From assembly GCA_024704765.1 (NCBI GenBank), contig JAKMXF010000210.1:434001-498000 (forward strand): a DNA stretch of 64,000 bases, written 5' to 3'. The DNA comes from Oopsacas minuta. Its lineage: Eukaryota; Animalia; Porifera. Below the pieces are notes generated by a model. It had not been told where the DNA came from, did not search any database, and saw nothing but the letters and a program-made list of their open reading frames with translations. A program made the position numbers and the translations under genes. Position 1 is the first letter of the stretch, and every line of letters starts with the position of its first letter. This document shows, one piece after another, positions 44,357-55,619 of this stretch.

Positions 44357-45161
44357 ATGGAATCAGGTAACTATTGTTTATAGAATATTTAAGAAATTTA
44401 TTTATTGCTATCTTCTAATCTTAGGTTCCTCAATAATCGGACAGCATCTGTTCTTTTCGAGTAATATTCAGCTTAATCACACTTATGGTCAAATATATGG
44501 CATAGAAGTAAAAGTGCAGAAAGTAATGTCCCTACTAACAGAAGTTTATAAAGACCTCCAAGAACTCAAAACTGACTCGCCTGACCGACAGAATCCCTTC
44601 AGCCAGAGCCAACTTATTACGTCACATGATCTCTCAAGACAGAATCTAGCTTCACTACATTACACAAATGAAACGAATCAGGAAGGCATTACTGTTGTGA
44701 ATTTAGTTGGAAATAAGGACATAGTGAATCCATGCAAATGCCACATGTGTGATAAGGTGTTTGAAGATAGGTTAAAATTACGTAATCACTTACGTATCCA
44801 TAAACAAACTAAAAAATATATATGTGATATATGTACCCACGGATTTCCGGTCCCCTCCAAGCTGAAGGAGCACATGCGAACCCATACAGGAGAGCGTCCC
44901 TACCAGTGTGAACTTTGTATGCGATGTTTTACGAAATCAAGTAGCCTCAAGCGTCATAAACGTATCCATAAAAAAATTGTACCACCAGATTGTCCGTCGC
45001 TTTCAACCATGCAGGACCAAGTAGTCCAGAATGTTGAAGAACTTCTGAGCCCAGCTTTCAAGGTGGAACAAATAGGACCAGAATCTCCCCTTATCACTTT
45101 TGATGAAAACTTTCATGCCCACACGGAATCTGAACTCAGCTCAGGTTCCGCATCACCCTAA
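44357..45161 (+). CDS. Three-finger C2H2 zinc-finger protein, 2 exons
   Basis: Exons 44357..44366 and 44425..45161 in phase; three C2H2 fingers with a TGERPY linker. Confidence 0.85.
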
Positions 45162-46690
45162 CCTTATCCTATCTAGTATTTACCCCTCCCTCAACACACT
45201 TTTTATCTTCGTTACTTTATCTGAAATAAACTACTTTTGTTAGAAATATATATTGTGTGTATTATCCTGATTAAACTATCTTGTAATGACTAGCTTCATT
45301 TTTGCTTATAGTATTGGTTTAAATTCATTAACGTAATACCTCATAAAAATTAATAATATATTGTGTCACTTCTATTCAAGATATAAATAAATTTCCTTAT
45401 TTTCCATTTTAATCTTAGGTGACGTACTTGTCTAATCTTTAATTAGTGGGCAATTTTGGTTGTAATAATTCTACGGATTATTCAGTACTCTCTTTTGTTA
45501 AATCACTAATTTGATTGTTAATCATTTTGCATATTTTACCTGCAAAAGGACTTGTTATTGCACTGAAAGATCTCTCTTGGACATCTTGTTTAAAGCTTAT
45601 CTTCTTATTTGAATAACTATTATGCAATGTATTTAATTATGATAATAACTTGCAATTTACTTAACATTGCAAATGCTGAAAAATCTGAATAATTAGTCCA
45701 ATCCATAAGTACTTTATAGGATGCGAATTACTTTCGCAAAATTCAAATAATATTTGTGCTATATTAATTAATCGATAACAAATAAGGTATTTAGCTGTAC
45801 GTATATCATGGATTGTCCTCTTTTTAAGTGATTCAACACATTACTTTCGCAGAACAAATTGTGTAGTCGCAAGTTTTATCTCTTAGTACTATGTTATACA
45901 TTTTAGCTAGCCCCTAAAATTGGCTTCAAATCTATTCAAATTACATATGATTCTTATTATTTTTCATGGTTTCATTCTCGAAAATAATTTCAGGCTTACT
46001 TATAATATATTAATATACTATTGAGTTCATTAGCGTTAAGTATGTATGGATTGGTATGGTATTGCAGACCACTTTTGAACAGCTGGGGAAAACCACCAAG
46101 TAAAAATTGCCTACAATTTTTAGATGAATCTACATCCGTGCAGTTTTGTATTAAAAAATGTATGTTTAATTATACAAGAAAAATGAGTTATTGAATTGAA
46201 CTTCTAATCGAATTGAACATGCTGCTTAAAATTTTTCAGTTTTAGTACAACAGCTTCCTTAGTTAGCATTATTTTCCATAGTTACACTTTTATGACATTG
46301 AAATGCGTGTAATTGCCCTCTATAGTAATGGATGGTCGAATTTATGTTATCTTCTCAAGTATTCAAACCGTCACCTACAATAACTGAAACCCAACATCTA
46401 AACAGACAGTGATTAGTATTCGTAACTGCACTATCTTGGGTTAGAAGTTTTATAATAGAAGGTAGCTCCAAGTGAAGGTTTCTTTATCTGTTCTCAAATA
46501 TATGCACAGCGACTCTTGACTGATACTCGCAACTCAAAGTCCTATGGTGTCAATAAGGCTTTCTATTTACATGTAGCTTGTTTATATGAAGCATAAATAA
46601 TAAAAACAATCCAAATATTGTACAAAAGTAAAATGAATGTTTATTTTATTTGACGATTTCGCTATGAGTTTTACTTCAATACACAGGATA

Positions 46691-49600
46691 ATGCAGAAAG
46701 GAATAAATTCTTTCGGACAGAATTCCAATGGGATCAAACGTCACAATATTGGTGACCACAGGTAGATATACTGATAGAATTGACTCACTCTTTTCTCAAT
46801 ATATTTATTCATTATTTCTACCGAATTTTTGTTATTTTTCACTCTTCATTTTATTTTTGTCTGTTTTCGGCTTCTTCATGCCATCTCTTATCACATTTAT
46901 AATATCCACATTGTTGCTCTTTCAAAATTCTTTCTGATTGCATGATCTAATCGAATGGATGCGACCAGTCTATTACAGAAACCATAAAATTACCTTAAAT
47001 CACCTAATACAGTAAAAATTCATTAATGCGTTTGTAAACATTTTGCGCTGAATGATTTCTTGGACAATAACCTTATTTTATAATTGTGAAAGTTGATTAA
47101 AACTAGTATCATTGACGTAATCCTATAGAACTTCCAAATTGCTAATTAGTACTTATGTTAATTGTCCTAAAATTGGTCTCCTATTAGTAGACAGATTATG
47201 TGTATTTTTGGTGTAAGTATTAGTTCTCTCGTGTTAATTAAGATAGCTGATTATTGTGTTTCAATAGGGTTACTTTTAATATCTGTTTCCCCAATGGAGA
47301 CACATTTGAGGAGGATTTCTACATGAAGCAACCACTAGCTCAACAGCTAACTAAAATTATCAACGAACAAAGGGTAAATTTTGTATTCTCGTAGATGATT
47401 AAACAATCATTGGTTTGCATTAGATTTAATATTTTGTCCTTGTACAACGTTCAAACTCGTTAAGGACTCGTTTATGAGCTATAGCTTAATAAGTAAATAT
47501 CATACGGAGAAATCCATTATCTGCTCATACGTACAGGTCATGATGAATAAATATGTCTTCATAATAATTGATAAGCAATCTAAACCCTTATTTCCTTTAT
47601 AGAGACAAGGTTCAACTTTCATGAAAAAGAAATATTACTATCATGCGCTACACCCTGTTGACCTATTAATCATAGATGAGGTATAGAATTCATTTTCAAT
47701 TTTACCTTATGAGTTATGATATAGTAGTCTTATGAAACGATTTCATGATTATTTTCTTGGTAACAGGATCATAAGTTTATTCCTAATGACAGACCACCAG
47801 GTAACTGGCCTACGATAGTGAAATGTATCATGCAAGAGAGGAAACCTCTTTTATACGTTTGGAGCTTCAAATTTTGTGAGAAGGACAAGGTCTCTTTTCC
47901 TGATGTAGCACACATGACTGAACCTAAGTTCTTTAATAAAAAGCCAGATCAAATTAATCAGTCAGAACCCACTCTTTTGAACTTACCTATAATGAGAACT
48001 AATTCAATCTGTGAATTATCACCACAAAAGATTCCCATTCATTTTGAGAACTCACAAAGGTAATCTTATGTAACTTCCACTAGCTATAATTAACCAAGTT
48101 GTTTAATACGAATTTAGTTGAAGATCCCGTAAGTAGAGAGTTGATGAATGTCATAACGCTTACACTTGTACATTAGAATACGAATATACAACTTCAATAA
48201 TACTTATATCATTAAAATAGAATAGAATATGATAGCTAAAATATGCTAAATGTCATACATCTTCTTTGTGTTTCTCCTTGTTGTGCATAGAACTTCATTC
48301 AATGCTATATCCTTAATTTTGGCAATCCTCTCTGCAACATGTAAAATCATAATTGGGTGAGAGAACTTTAGCTTATCCTTTAAGTCAGTAGGAATCATAT
48401 AAGGTGCATCTGTTTCTAATAATATTCGTTCTAACGGGATCAAACTTGCTGTTTCCCTCACCTGTGGCAATCTTTTAACAGTTATACTGCCGGTTATTCC
48501 GATATACAAATTTGGAAATGTAGCAATTAATCCAACAGCTGTTGGAGCTTGTCCAGTATAACAATGTAGATGAATCCGCCAGTCTTTTGGTAGCTCTTCT
48601 AGCAAAATACTTTTTAATTCGTTTTCAGCTTGCCTGCAGTGAATCTGCACAGGCTTGTTGTATTGCAGAGCTAGTTGGAGTTGGTCTTTAAGAATGCGTA
48701 CCTGGGTTTCTCTGTCGCTAGGACTCACGTTTGAATAATCAAGTCCTATCTCTCCTAACGCTATACACTTAGGGTGTATTAAAGCCTCGCATAACTTTGC
48801 TTTGAGTGTTTCTGTATAATATTTAGAATTGTGAGGGTGTATACCAAATGTTGCCCATACTTTCGGATCCTTGAGTATTTGGTCGAATGAACCTAGAGAT
48901 GAGAAAGCTGTAGGATCACAGAATGTACTGATGCATCCATCGAATCCGTTAGGGTATTGATTAGCTATCATAAATTCTTTGAATGCATTCTCAGATATGA
49001 TAATATGGTGTCTCTCAAATACATACTCAAGATGACAGTGTGTGTCAATGTAGTGAGTTTCTTCTTTGATCAAACATGTCAAATCTACCAAAGTAGTTAG
49101 GTATAATGATTCTGCCTTATCTGCCCCTTTGCCTTTGCCTTGACAAAACGGTGGGTTGAGTATTTGACCGTTACCAGCTTCTTGTAGAGATTCTTGTTCT
49201 GCGAATTTCACTGGACAGTTCGTTTGTACGTGTCCCTCATCCTGACAGTAATAACATATTATGATTTTCTTACTTCCTGAGTAGCCCCCCGTTGGTTTTG
49301 ATCTTACTAATGAAGGACAGTTCCTCTTGGTATGACCTTTCTCACCACAACCATAGCACACTACTTCCCTTGTTCCGCTCCGAGATTTTCCCCAATATTT
49401 CCATTCAGATCCTTCTTTCTGGTCATCACTACCTTCAGCCATTTAATTCATAGACCAAAATACTACTTTCTGTGGCAAATTGTATTGCTTCTATACATAA
49501 TTATCGCAAAGTAATATCACTATGGATACCTGATATACATAAAGCAGGTCATTACATTGCTTTTATATATTTCATTTTAGCCCACCAAAAGCCAAACCCA

Positions 49601-50640
49601 GAAATCGCAACACTTCTACTTTGATAAACTCAACGGCGCTGCTTTTGAATGGTGCCCCACCAATTCCTCCTAAAACAAAGTGTTCTAGTATGACTTGTAT
49701 AGATGAACAGATTGGACAATCACGAGTACGTGAGGATACCTTTGAGAATCATTTTATGAATGGTACTGACCCTCTGGCGCCACAGATGCAACAGTTAACT
49801 TTCAAACGAAGTCAAAAGGTTTCAAAAATAAGACCAATGCTGCCTCCAACAGGAAAAGTACATATGACACCAAAAGAATTGCATACAGAGAATACTTTCC
49901 AACCTATTCCACCACTGAGAAATAGCAGTACTCGTAGAACAAAAATTAATAGTTTTATCTTACCAACAGAGTCTTATGGAGAGTTTTCTTCAGATTTTCA
50001 AGCTAGCACGTCAAAATTTAATGACAGAGATGTAAATTCATATAATCATGAGATTGCTCCTAATTTTAATACCAGACCTTCAACTCCTCTCTCTTCTTGC
50101 TTCTCCCCCCTTCTCCCTCCAATAAGCCGACGTGTTGCTCCTCCTCCTATTTCAGAACTTCCCTCCCGTACAGGGCCTACACCAACTCAATCATATAAAT
50201 TCAAACGTGATCAAAGCTTGCAATCTTTTACACTGCCTACATTCCACAACAATACAATGTACCATAACGGTAATAGCATAAACACAAGAGATGATATCAG
50301 CCTTGTTGCACCAGCTGTTCCTCCTAAAAGTAAACGACTAGTATCATCAAACTCTCAGTTACCGGTTGCTATGCCTAGAAAAAGAAAGCCTGAAGAGAGT
50401 AGACAGCATAATCTCACTCAAAATATATCCTCTCCTCCTCGCCATTCTCTAGGGCCTTATACTAGTACACCTTCCTCTTATCCAAATGTTGGGAACGGTT
50501 TAGCTTATCCACGTGATCATCAACACGTGCTACGCCCGATACCTTTTCCGCAGAAAACCAAGAACACTATGCCTACAGCATTTTCTAATCCTATGATTCC
50601 CGCTAGGATGAGATCTAACTCGCTGTATCCTACGTATTAG
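46691..50640 (+). CDS. Putative 5-exon adaptor-like protein (ubiquitin/RA-like N-terminus, Pro-rich C-terminus) hosting a nested gene
   Basis: Exons 46691..46761, 47268..47373, 47603..47680, 47767..48059, 49581..50640, all GT-AG and in phase (535 aa). This explains the ATG-less ORFs 47818..48063 and 49621..50640. The 5' end may extend further. Confidence 0.55.
48246..49442 (-). CDS. TATDN2: TatD-family nuclease (TATDN2-like) with two N-terminal CCHC zinc knuckles; nested antisense
   Basis: CYGCGEKGHTKRNC and CYYCQDEGHVQTNC; IDTHCH, GIHPH, GEIGLD, IHCR, LHCY, LLETDAPY. Confidence 0.85.
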   Translation of the reverse strand: MAEGSDDQKEGSEWKYWGKSRSGTREVVCYGCGEKGHTKRNCPSLVRSKPTGGYSGSKKIIICYYCQDEGHVQTNCPVKFAEQESLQEAGNGQILNPPFCQGKGKGADKAESLYLTTLVDLTCLIKEETHYIDTHCHLEYVFERHHIIISENAFKEFMIANQYPNGFDGCISTFCDPTAFSSLGSFDQILKDPKVWATFGIHPHNSKYYTETLKAKLCEALIHPKCIALGEIGLDYSNVSPSDRETQVRILKDQLQLALQYNKPVQIHCRQAENELKSILLEELPKDWRIHLHCYTGQAPTAVGLIATFPNLYIGITGSITVKRLPQVRETASLIPLERILLETDAPYMIPTDLKDKLKFSHPIMILHVAERIAKIKDIALNEVLCTTRRNTKKMYDI

Positions 50641-51040
50641 AAATTGAGCTGAATTGACCATTCACTATTCCACTTCTTAAGAATCTGTATTCACGAATCA
50701 TTAACCAATTTATCCATTAAAGTTGTTGTTTTGTATACTTTTTATGACCGCAAACCCAATGTATATTTGAGATATTTAAACTATTAATTGCAATGAGTAG
50801 CATTTAATTGAGCATTTTTTTTATTTTGTGATCTGAAAACATTTTCTTTCAACAAAAAATTTTTTGCATAAAATCCCAAACCTGTGACTTTCAGAAACCT
50901 GCTATATGGAATAACCTATTCATATATTATTCGGGCATAATTACCTATATGTGTATATAGGCATTGAACTTAAGCCTCTCCCTCAATTGAATATAATAAA
51001 CAAACATCTACGCATTGTAGATTGTAAGAACCTTGTAAAA

Positions 51041-51568
51041 ATGTCAGAATTTATTAGTTCGGGTGGGTGGGCTATATTATTTTGCATTTCATGTGGTTGT
51101 CTCCCATTGATAACGTGTATTGTTATACTTTGCATTTGTGTTCGTATGCCAGGATGTCTACTACACAACCAAGAGATTAGCATACGTGGTAGGGACGGAA
51201 GAATTATACCTAAAACTAAAAATAGAATATTTAATTTTCGCTCAGAAAGTTCTCAACCAAATCAATCTTATACTCCCCCGAATGTTGCTACCCCTCAATC
51301 TCAATCTGAACTTCCTCGTGTGATCTTATATAAACCTACTGTACCAAATACTTCAGCACGACATAACACTCCTACACGTCGTGTTCCAACCAATCTTACC
51401 CTCAGAGACATAGCAGAGGCAAAAGAGATAGTTAATAGAGCAAAACCGTCAGTTTCCCCTACAGCTCCACCTAGTGAATCCCAATTTGAACCTCCTCCTC
51501 CATACAATGACGCTGTAATGATGCAAGTAGAACCTATTCCATCTACTAATATTAATGCTGTTTCATAG
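51041..51568 (+). CDS. Single-pass Cys-rich membrane protein with PPxY tail (CYYR1/Shisa-like)
   Basis: TM with Cys cluster, PGCLL motif shared with 52664..53329, and PPPPY near the C-terminus; an upstream exon is possible. Confidence 0.7.
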   Translation: MSEFISSGGWAILFCISCGCLPLITCIVILCICVRMPGCLLHNQEISIRGRDGRIIPKTKNRIFNFRSESSQPNQSYTPPNVATPQSQSELPRVILYKPTVPNTSARHNTPTRRVPTNLTLRDIAEAKEIVNRAKPSVSPTAPPSESQFEPPPPYNDAVMMQVEPIPSTNINAVS

Positions 51569-51775
51569 GTTTGACATATAGGAGATACAACGCCGAGATG
51601 ACTAGAGGGTCAATCGAATAACTGTTATATTATTGTATTCATTTAATATTAATAATAACTATCTTAATAATATTATTTATTCTATTTCAGGTTTCATGGT
51701 AAGTTGTGAATCTCTCAGTTAAATGGCTAGGTTTCCGTTAGCATACATAATATCATATCATGTCAAACTAAAAAT

Positions 51776-52214
51776 TTATAGCATCAGAGGACACATAACA
51801 GTACATATACTTGTGTATGTACTACATTTTAGATTCGTCTCAGCCAATTCCTTAATGTATTCTTTGTCGCTAGGAGTGATGTTTGTTAGTAGAGCACTGG
51901 TAGGATTGGTAGAATAGGTTGATATTGCTGGATTATGGTTCCCTTCTGGTATCGGTATGGTAGTTAGGGCCTCGATTATATTTGCTCTCAGTTTTGCTTT
52001 CAGTCTTCTTATCTTTCTATAATTGTAATATCGATGAAGACCCCAAATGGCAGAGAAATGGCGATAAGAGAATGGCTAAACCAATGGCGCAACCTGGTAA
52101 CAAAAGTCCAAGTTGATCCAAAATAGAAACAGCAAATGAAATGTCTCCCCCCAGAACTATTTCAAAGTGTAGGCCAATTACAATGGATAGAAATGCCAGT
52201 GTGGAAATCATCAT
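51776..52214 (-). pseudogene. Frameshifted small type I membrane protein (pseudogene or assembly error)
   Basis: Removing one base at 52049-52050 joins signal peptide and TM (..AILLSPFLC) to IWGLHRYYNYRKIRRLKAKLR..., giving a 145-aa ORF. Confidence 0.5.
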
Positions 52215-52663
52215 ATCGCAACTCTCTTTCCTTGTTAATCGAAAATGTACTTATAATGTGCAGATGGATTGTTATTTTTCTTTGTAATCAGAAAAGAAAG
52301 TTACAGAATTTATACTACACATCTTGGGTGTAGTCACTGATATATTCAAAATGATTGCAAAAGATGAAATCTTATTTCAGCCCGTAAATATCCTTGTTCT
52401 AATGTGTAAGTAACTGATATATACAATATGATTTCCATGAGATGGAAGATGAATACCTCTCCTAATAAACTATTCATGTGGTTTATTACAATGTTTCTAT
52501 ACTTTACACCTAAGCACACCTTTCTCAATCACATACAATAATAATAATAATACAAACAATAAAGTAATTTACATAACTAATCAGCTCAATACTTACTGGA
52601 CTCTAAAATAATTCACTGATTAATTAATACTTATAAGTCAGGCTCATAAATATCACACATAAC

Positions 52664-53329
52664 TCAAGACTGGAACCCTATACCATGGGTTTGGGGCTGT
52701 TCCTGGGCTGCATTGTAGGTGGGAGGGGCCTGATCGGTTGGATACGGATTGTAGCCAGGGTTAGGAGGATAGTTGTACCCATCTGCAGACTTTACCGGCT
52801 CTGTCTGTGGCGGATACGCCTGAGCAGGTGCGGTATCTGGGTAATACCCTTGAGTGGCAGGGTACTGGGGATAAGTTTGCACTGGCTGAGGGTAACCAGC
52901 CTGTGGCGGGTAACCTGTTTGGGGATATGCTGTTGGCGCTGTTTTTTCAGGATATCCTGGATTACCTCCTGCATTTACTGTAGTGGTCGTTACTACCTGA
53001 TTAGAGTTCCTATTGCCCAGAGGACACCCTGGAATCATAAAGCAGCAACAAACTACTATTGCTGTTATGATACAGGGACTGCAGAAAACGCAACAACATA
53101 TTATGCCACCAATTATGTATGCTGCTGGATAGTAGTAACTGGTGTAGTAGTAATTGGTGTAGTAGCTGTTGGAGTTGTAGTCGTAGTAGTAGTAGTAGAT
53201 GGTCTGTCTCACATCCCTCTCCGGTACTGCTGCTCCTACGCTATCAGATTCCTCCCCCAAACTGAGCTGGCATTGCAGACTCAGTATAAAGAGTAGCAAA
53301 GCAACTATTGATATCAACTTTAGCTCCAT
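52664..53329 (-). CDS. Tyr-rich type I membrane protein, copy 1 (CYYR1/Shisa-like)
   Basis: Signal peptide, RDVR site, 15 Tyr in 30 residues, Cys-rich TM, P/Y/Q-rich tail with PPTY. Confidence 0.85.
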   Translation of the reverse strand: MELKLISIVALLLFILSLQCQLSLGEESDSVGAAVPERDVRQTIYYYYYDYNSNSYYTNYYYTSYYYPAAYIIGGIICCCVFCSPCIITAIVVCCCFMIPGCPLGNRNSNQVVTTTTVNAGGNPGYPEKTAPTAYPQTGYPPQAGYPQPVQTYPQYPATQGYYPDTAPAQAYPPQTEPVKSADGYNYPPNPGYNPYPTDQAPPTYNAAQEQPQTHGIGFQS

Positions 53330-53947
53330 GTGCTATTAGAAATAAAGTTTAGGTATTAAATTATTAATAGCAAAGTATATTCTATACGGCCTATTAATTT
53401 ACACATACAGACGTATTTCATTAATTCGTGTCAAATATTTCCCAACTATATCATTTCATTTATAATTGAAGAATCCACTAGAAATTATTATCCATAATAT
53501 ATGTATATTGTAGATATTTATAATTCTTTAATTTCATGGCTTTTGCACTGGGCCTAATGGTTTCATATGTGTTTATGCAAGCTATTCTTTAATTATAATC
53601 TGTATCCGTGCCATCTTTATTATTGATAGCATACGCAATAAATTTGAGGCACAAACTTATCATTTCATGTACTTTCATTTACACTTAAGGAAATGGCGTG
53701 TGTAATAGTCCATACAGGAAATTAATAGACCAAATATCTGACGAAACGCCAGGATTGAACAAAATTGAACTTATCGAAGCCAAGAGGTCCGCTAATTAAC
53801 TGAAATAATCAATAATTATGTCAACTTAACCCGAGATTTAAATTTAAGGAATTAATATAGACACATCAATAATACTGACAACTAATCACCACTATACATT
53901 CTGACTCTAAAATAGTTCACTTAGTAATACTTAGGATCAAACACTAC

Positions 53948-54603
53948 TCAAAACCTAAACCCGATACCATGGGTTGGGGTCTGATCTTGGATTACTTCTG
54001 ATACTAGGTTGTAGGCGGGAGTAGCTTGTCGGTTGGATACAGACCATCCTGGGACTCTACCGGATCAGCAGGTGCGGTATTCGGGTAATACCCTTGCCCA
54101 GCTGTTGGGTATTGAATATTTGCTTGTACTGGCTGAGGGTAACCAACTTGTGGGTAAACTATTGGTTCTTGTTTTTCATGGAATTCTGTATAACCTGTAG
54201 TCGTTGTAGTGGTTATCGTGTGATTAGTTCTCTTACCTCCGAGAGCACAACAGCAGCAAAGTACTATTGCTGTTATGATGCATGGCAAACAGATAATACA
54301 ACATCCAAAAATGCCTGCTACGTATACCCACCCAGCAACATAGGATCCAGTGTAGTAGTAGTATGGATAGCCGGTGGTGTAGTAATCATAGTAATTGTAA
54401 TCATAGTAATTGTAATCATAGTAGTCGTAGTATGGATAGCTGGTGGTGTAGTAATCATAGTAGTAGTAGTCGTAGCCCTGTCTTGCATTCCTATTTGATG
54501 CAGCTGCTCCTACGCTATCAGATCCCTTTCCCAAACTAAGTTTGCACTGCAGATTCAGTATAAAGAGTAGCAAAGCAACTATTGATATCAACTTTAGCTC
54601 CAT
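53948..54603 (-). CDS. Tyr-rich type I membrane protein, copy 2; 1-nt deletion near the 3' end
   Basis: Nearly identical signal peptide to copy 1, RNAR site, 26 Tyr in 47 residues. The open frame stops at 54004, but the homologous THGIGF tail continues in another frame to TGA at 53948. Confidence 0.8.
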
Positions 54604-55619
54604 CCAGACTTTGGAAATCTAAAATATTTCAATTGTTTGTTACTAGCAGTAGTATACAATTTTATAGGTTGCGCCGAATTTGAAATTATAAATGTAGATT
54701 TTGGAAAAATAATGCTCGCTTTTACAAACTTTTAATAAACGGGGCACCTAATAGGCAAATATCACATACACACATATATTATTTCATACGCTTGGTTATA
54801 TGCATACATACCCGTATATCCATATCTATTGAATGGTACATAATATAATCTTCCTATCTCAGATATGGCTGATGCTTGCAGATAATATTACAAAAATTTG
54901 TATTACAAGTATTTACGACACATTTTCATCTAAGTATATGGCGAGTATTTATTATTTAACGAGGCGCTTCGCTTGCACACGCTGTGCGGCTTGCGAACAC
55001 TTAGTGTTCGCACGGGACTCGGCACTTCGTGCCTCGAATTTAGCAAAGTATAAAATTGCAAAATTGAATTAATAAATTAATATTTCAACAATTTTTTATT
55101 TTATATTCATAAAAACCACAATAAATTTACATATAAGAAACTTGAAAATGCGAAATTCGGATATAGCGAACTTTGTTACCCCATTGTAGCCCTTAAGAGC
55201 AAGTCTTTCGAGATTTCAACTATTTGTTTACTTTATATTCATAAAACAACCAATAAATTTACATATGATTATTTCCAAAGTGTGAAAGTATACTTGATTA
55301 CCCCTATGTAATTCTTTAATTTTCCTATATCGTCAACAGAAGGATATGTTGTTCCCTATATTATATCGGCAGATCATCTTCCCCTATCATTATAATACAA
55401 AGTGGAGAAACACAAACACACACACTCTGGACGGTCCGGACCGGTTAATACAGAAATCACAATTGTTAGTCCTCACTATTATGTAATGGCAACTATTACT
55501 TTGAATGAGCGAAGTTATCAAATTTGGAATCATCATTAGTCGCCTATTTGTATGGGTTCTTATAATGAATCGTATATATAAGATTGTTTGAGGCCTATTA
55601 TTATTTCTTATTTACTACT

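Noticed and set aside
47424-47536. Extra exon of the 46691..50640 gene
   Set aside because: It has AG/GT ends and an open frame but needs a phase-1 donor; the preceding donor is phase 0.
52685-54498. + strand ORFs 52685..53296 and 54094..54498
   Set aside because: Antisense shadows of the repetitive Tyr/Pro-rich minus-strand genes.
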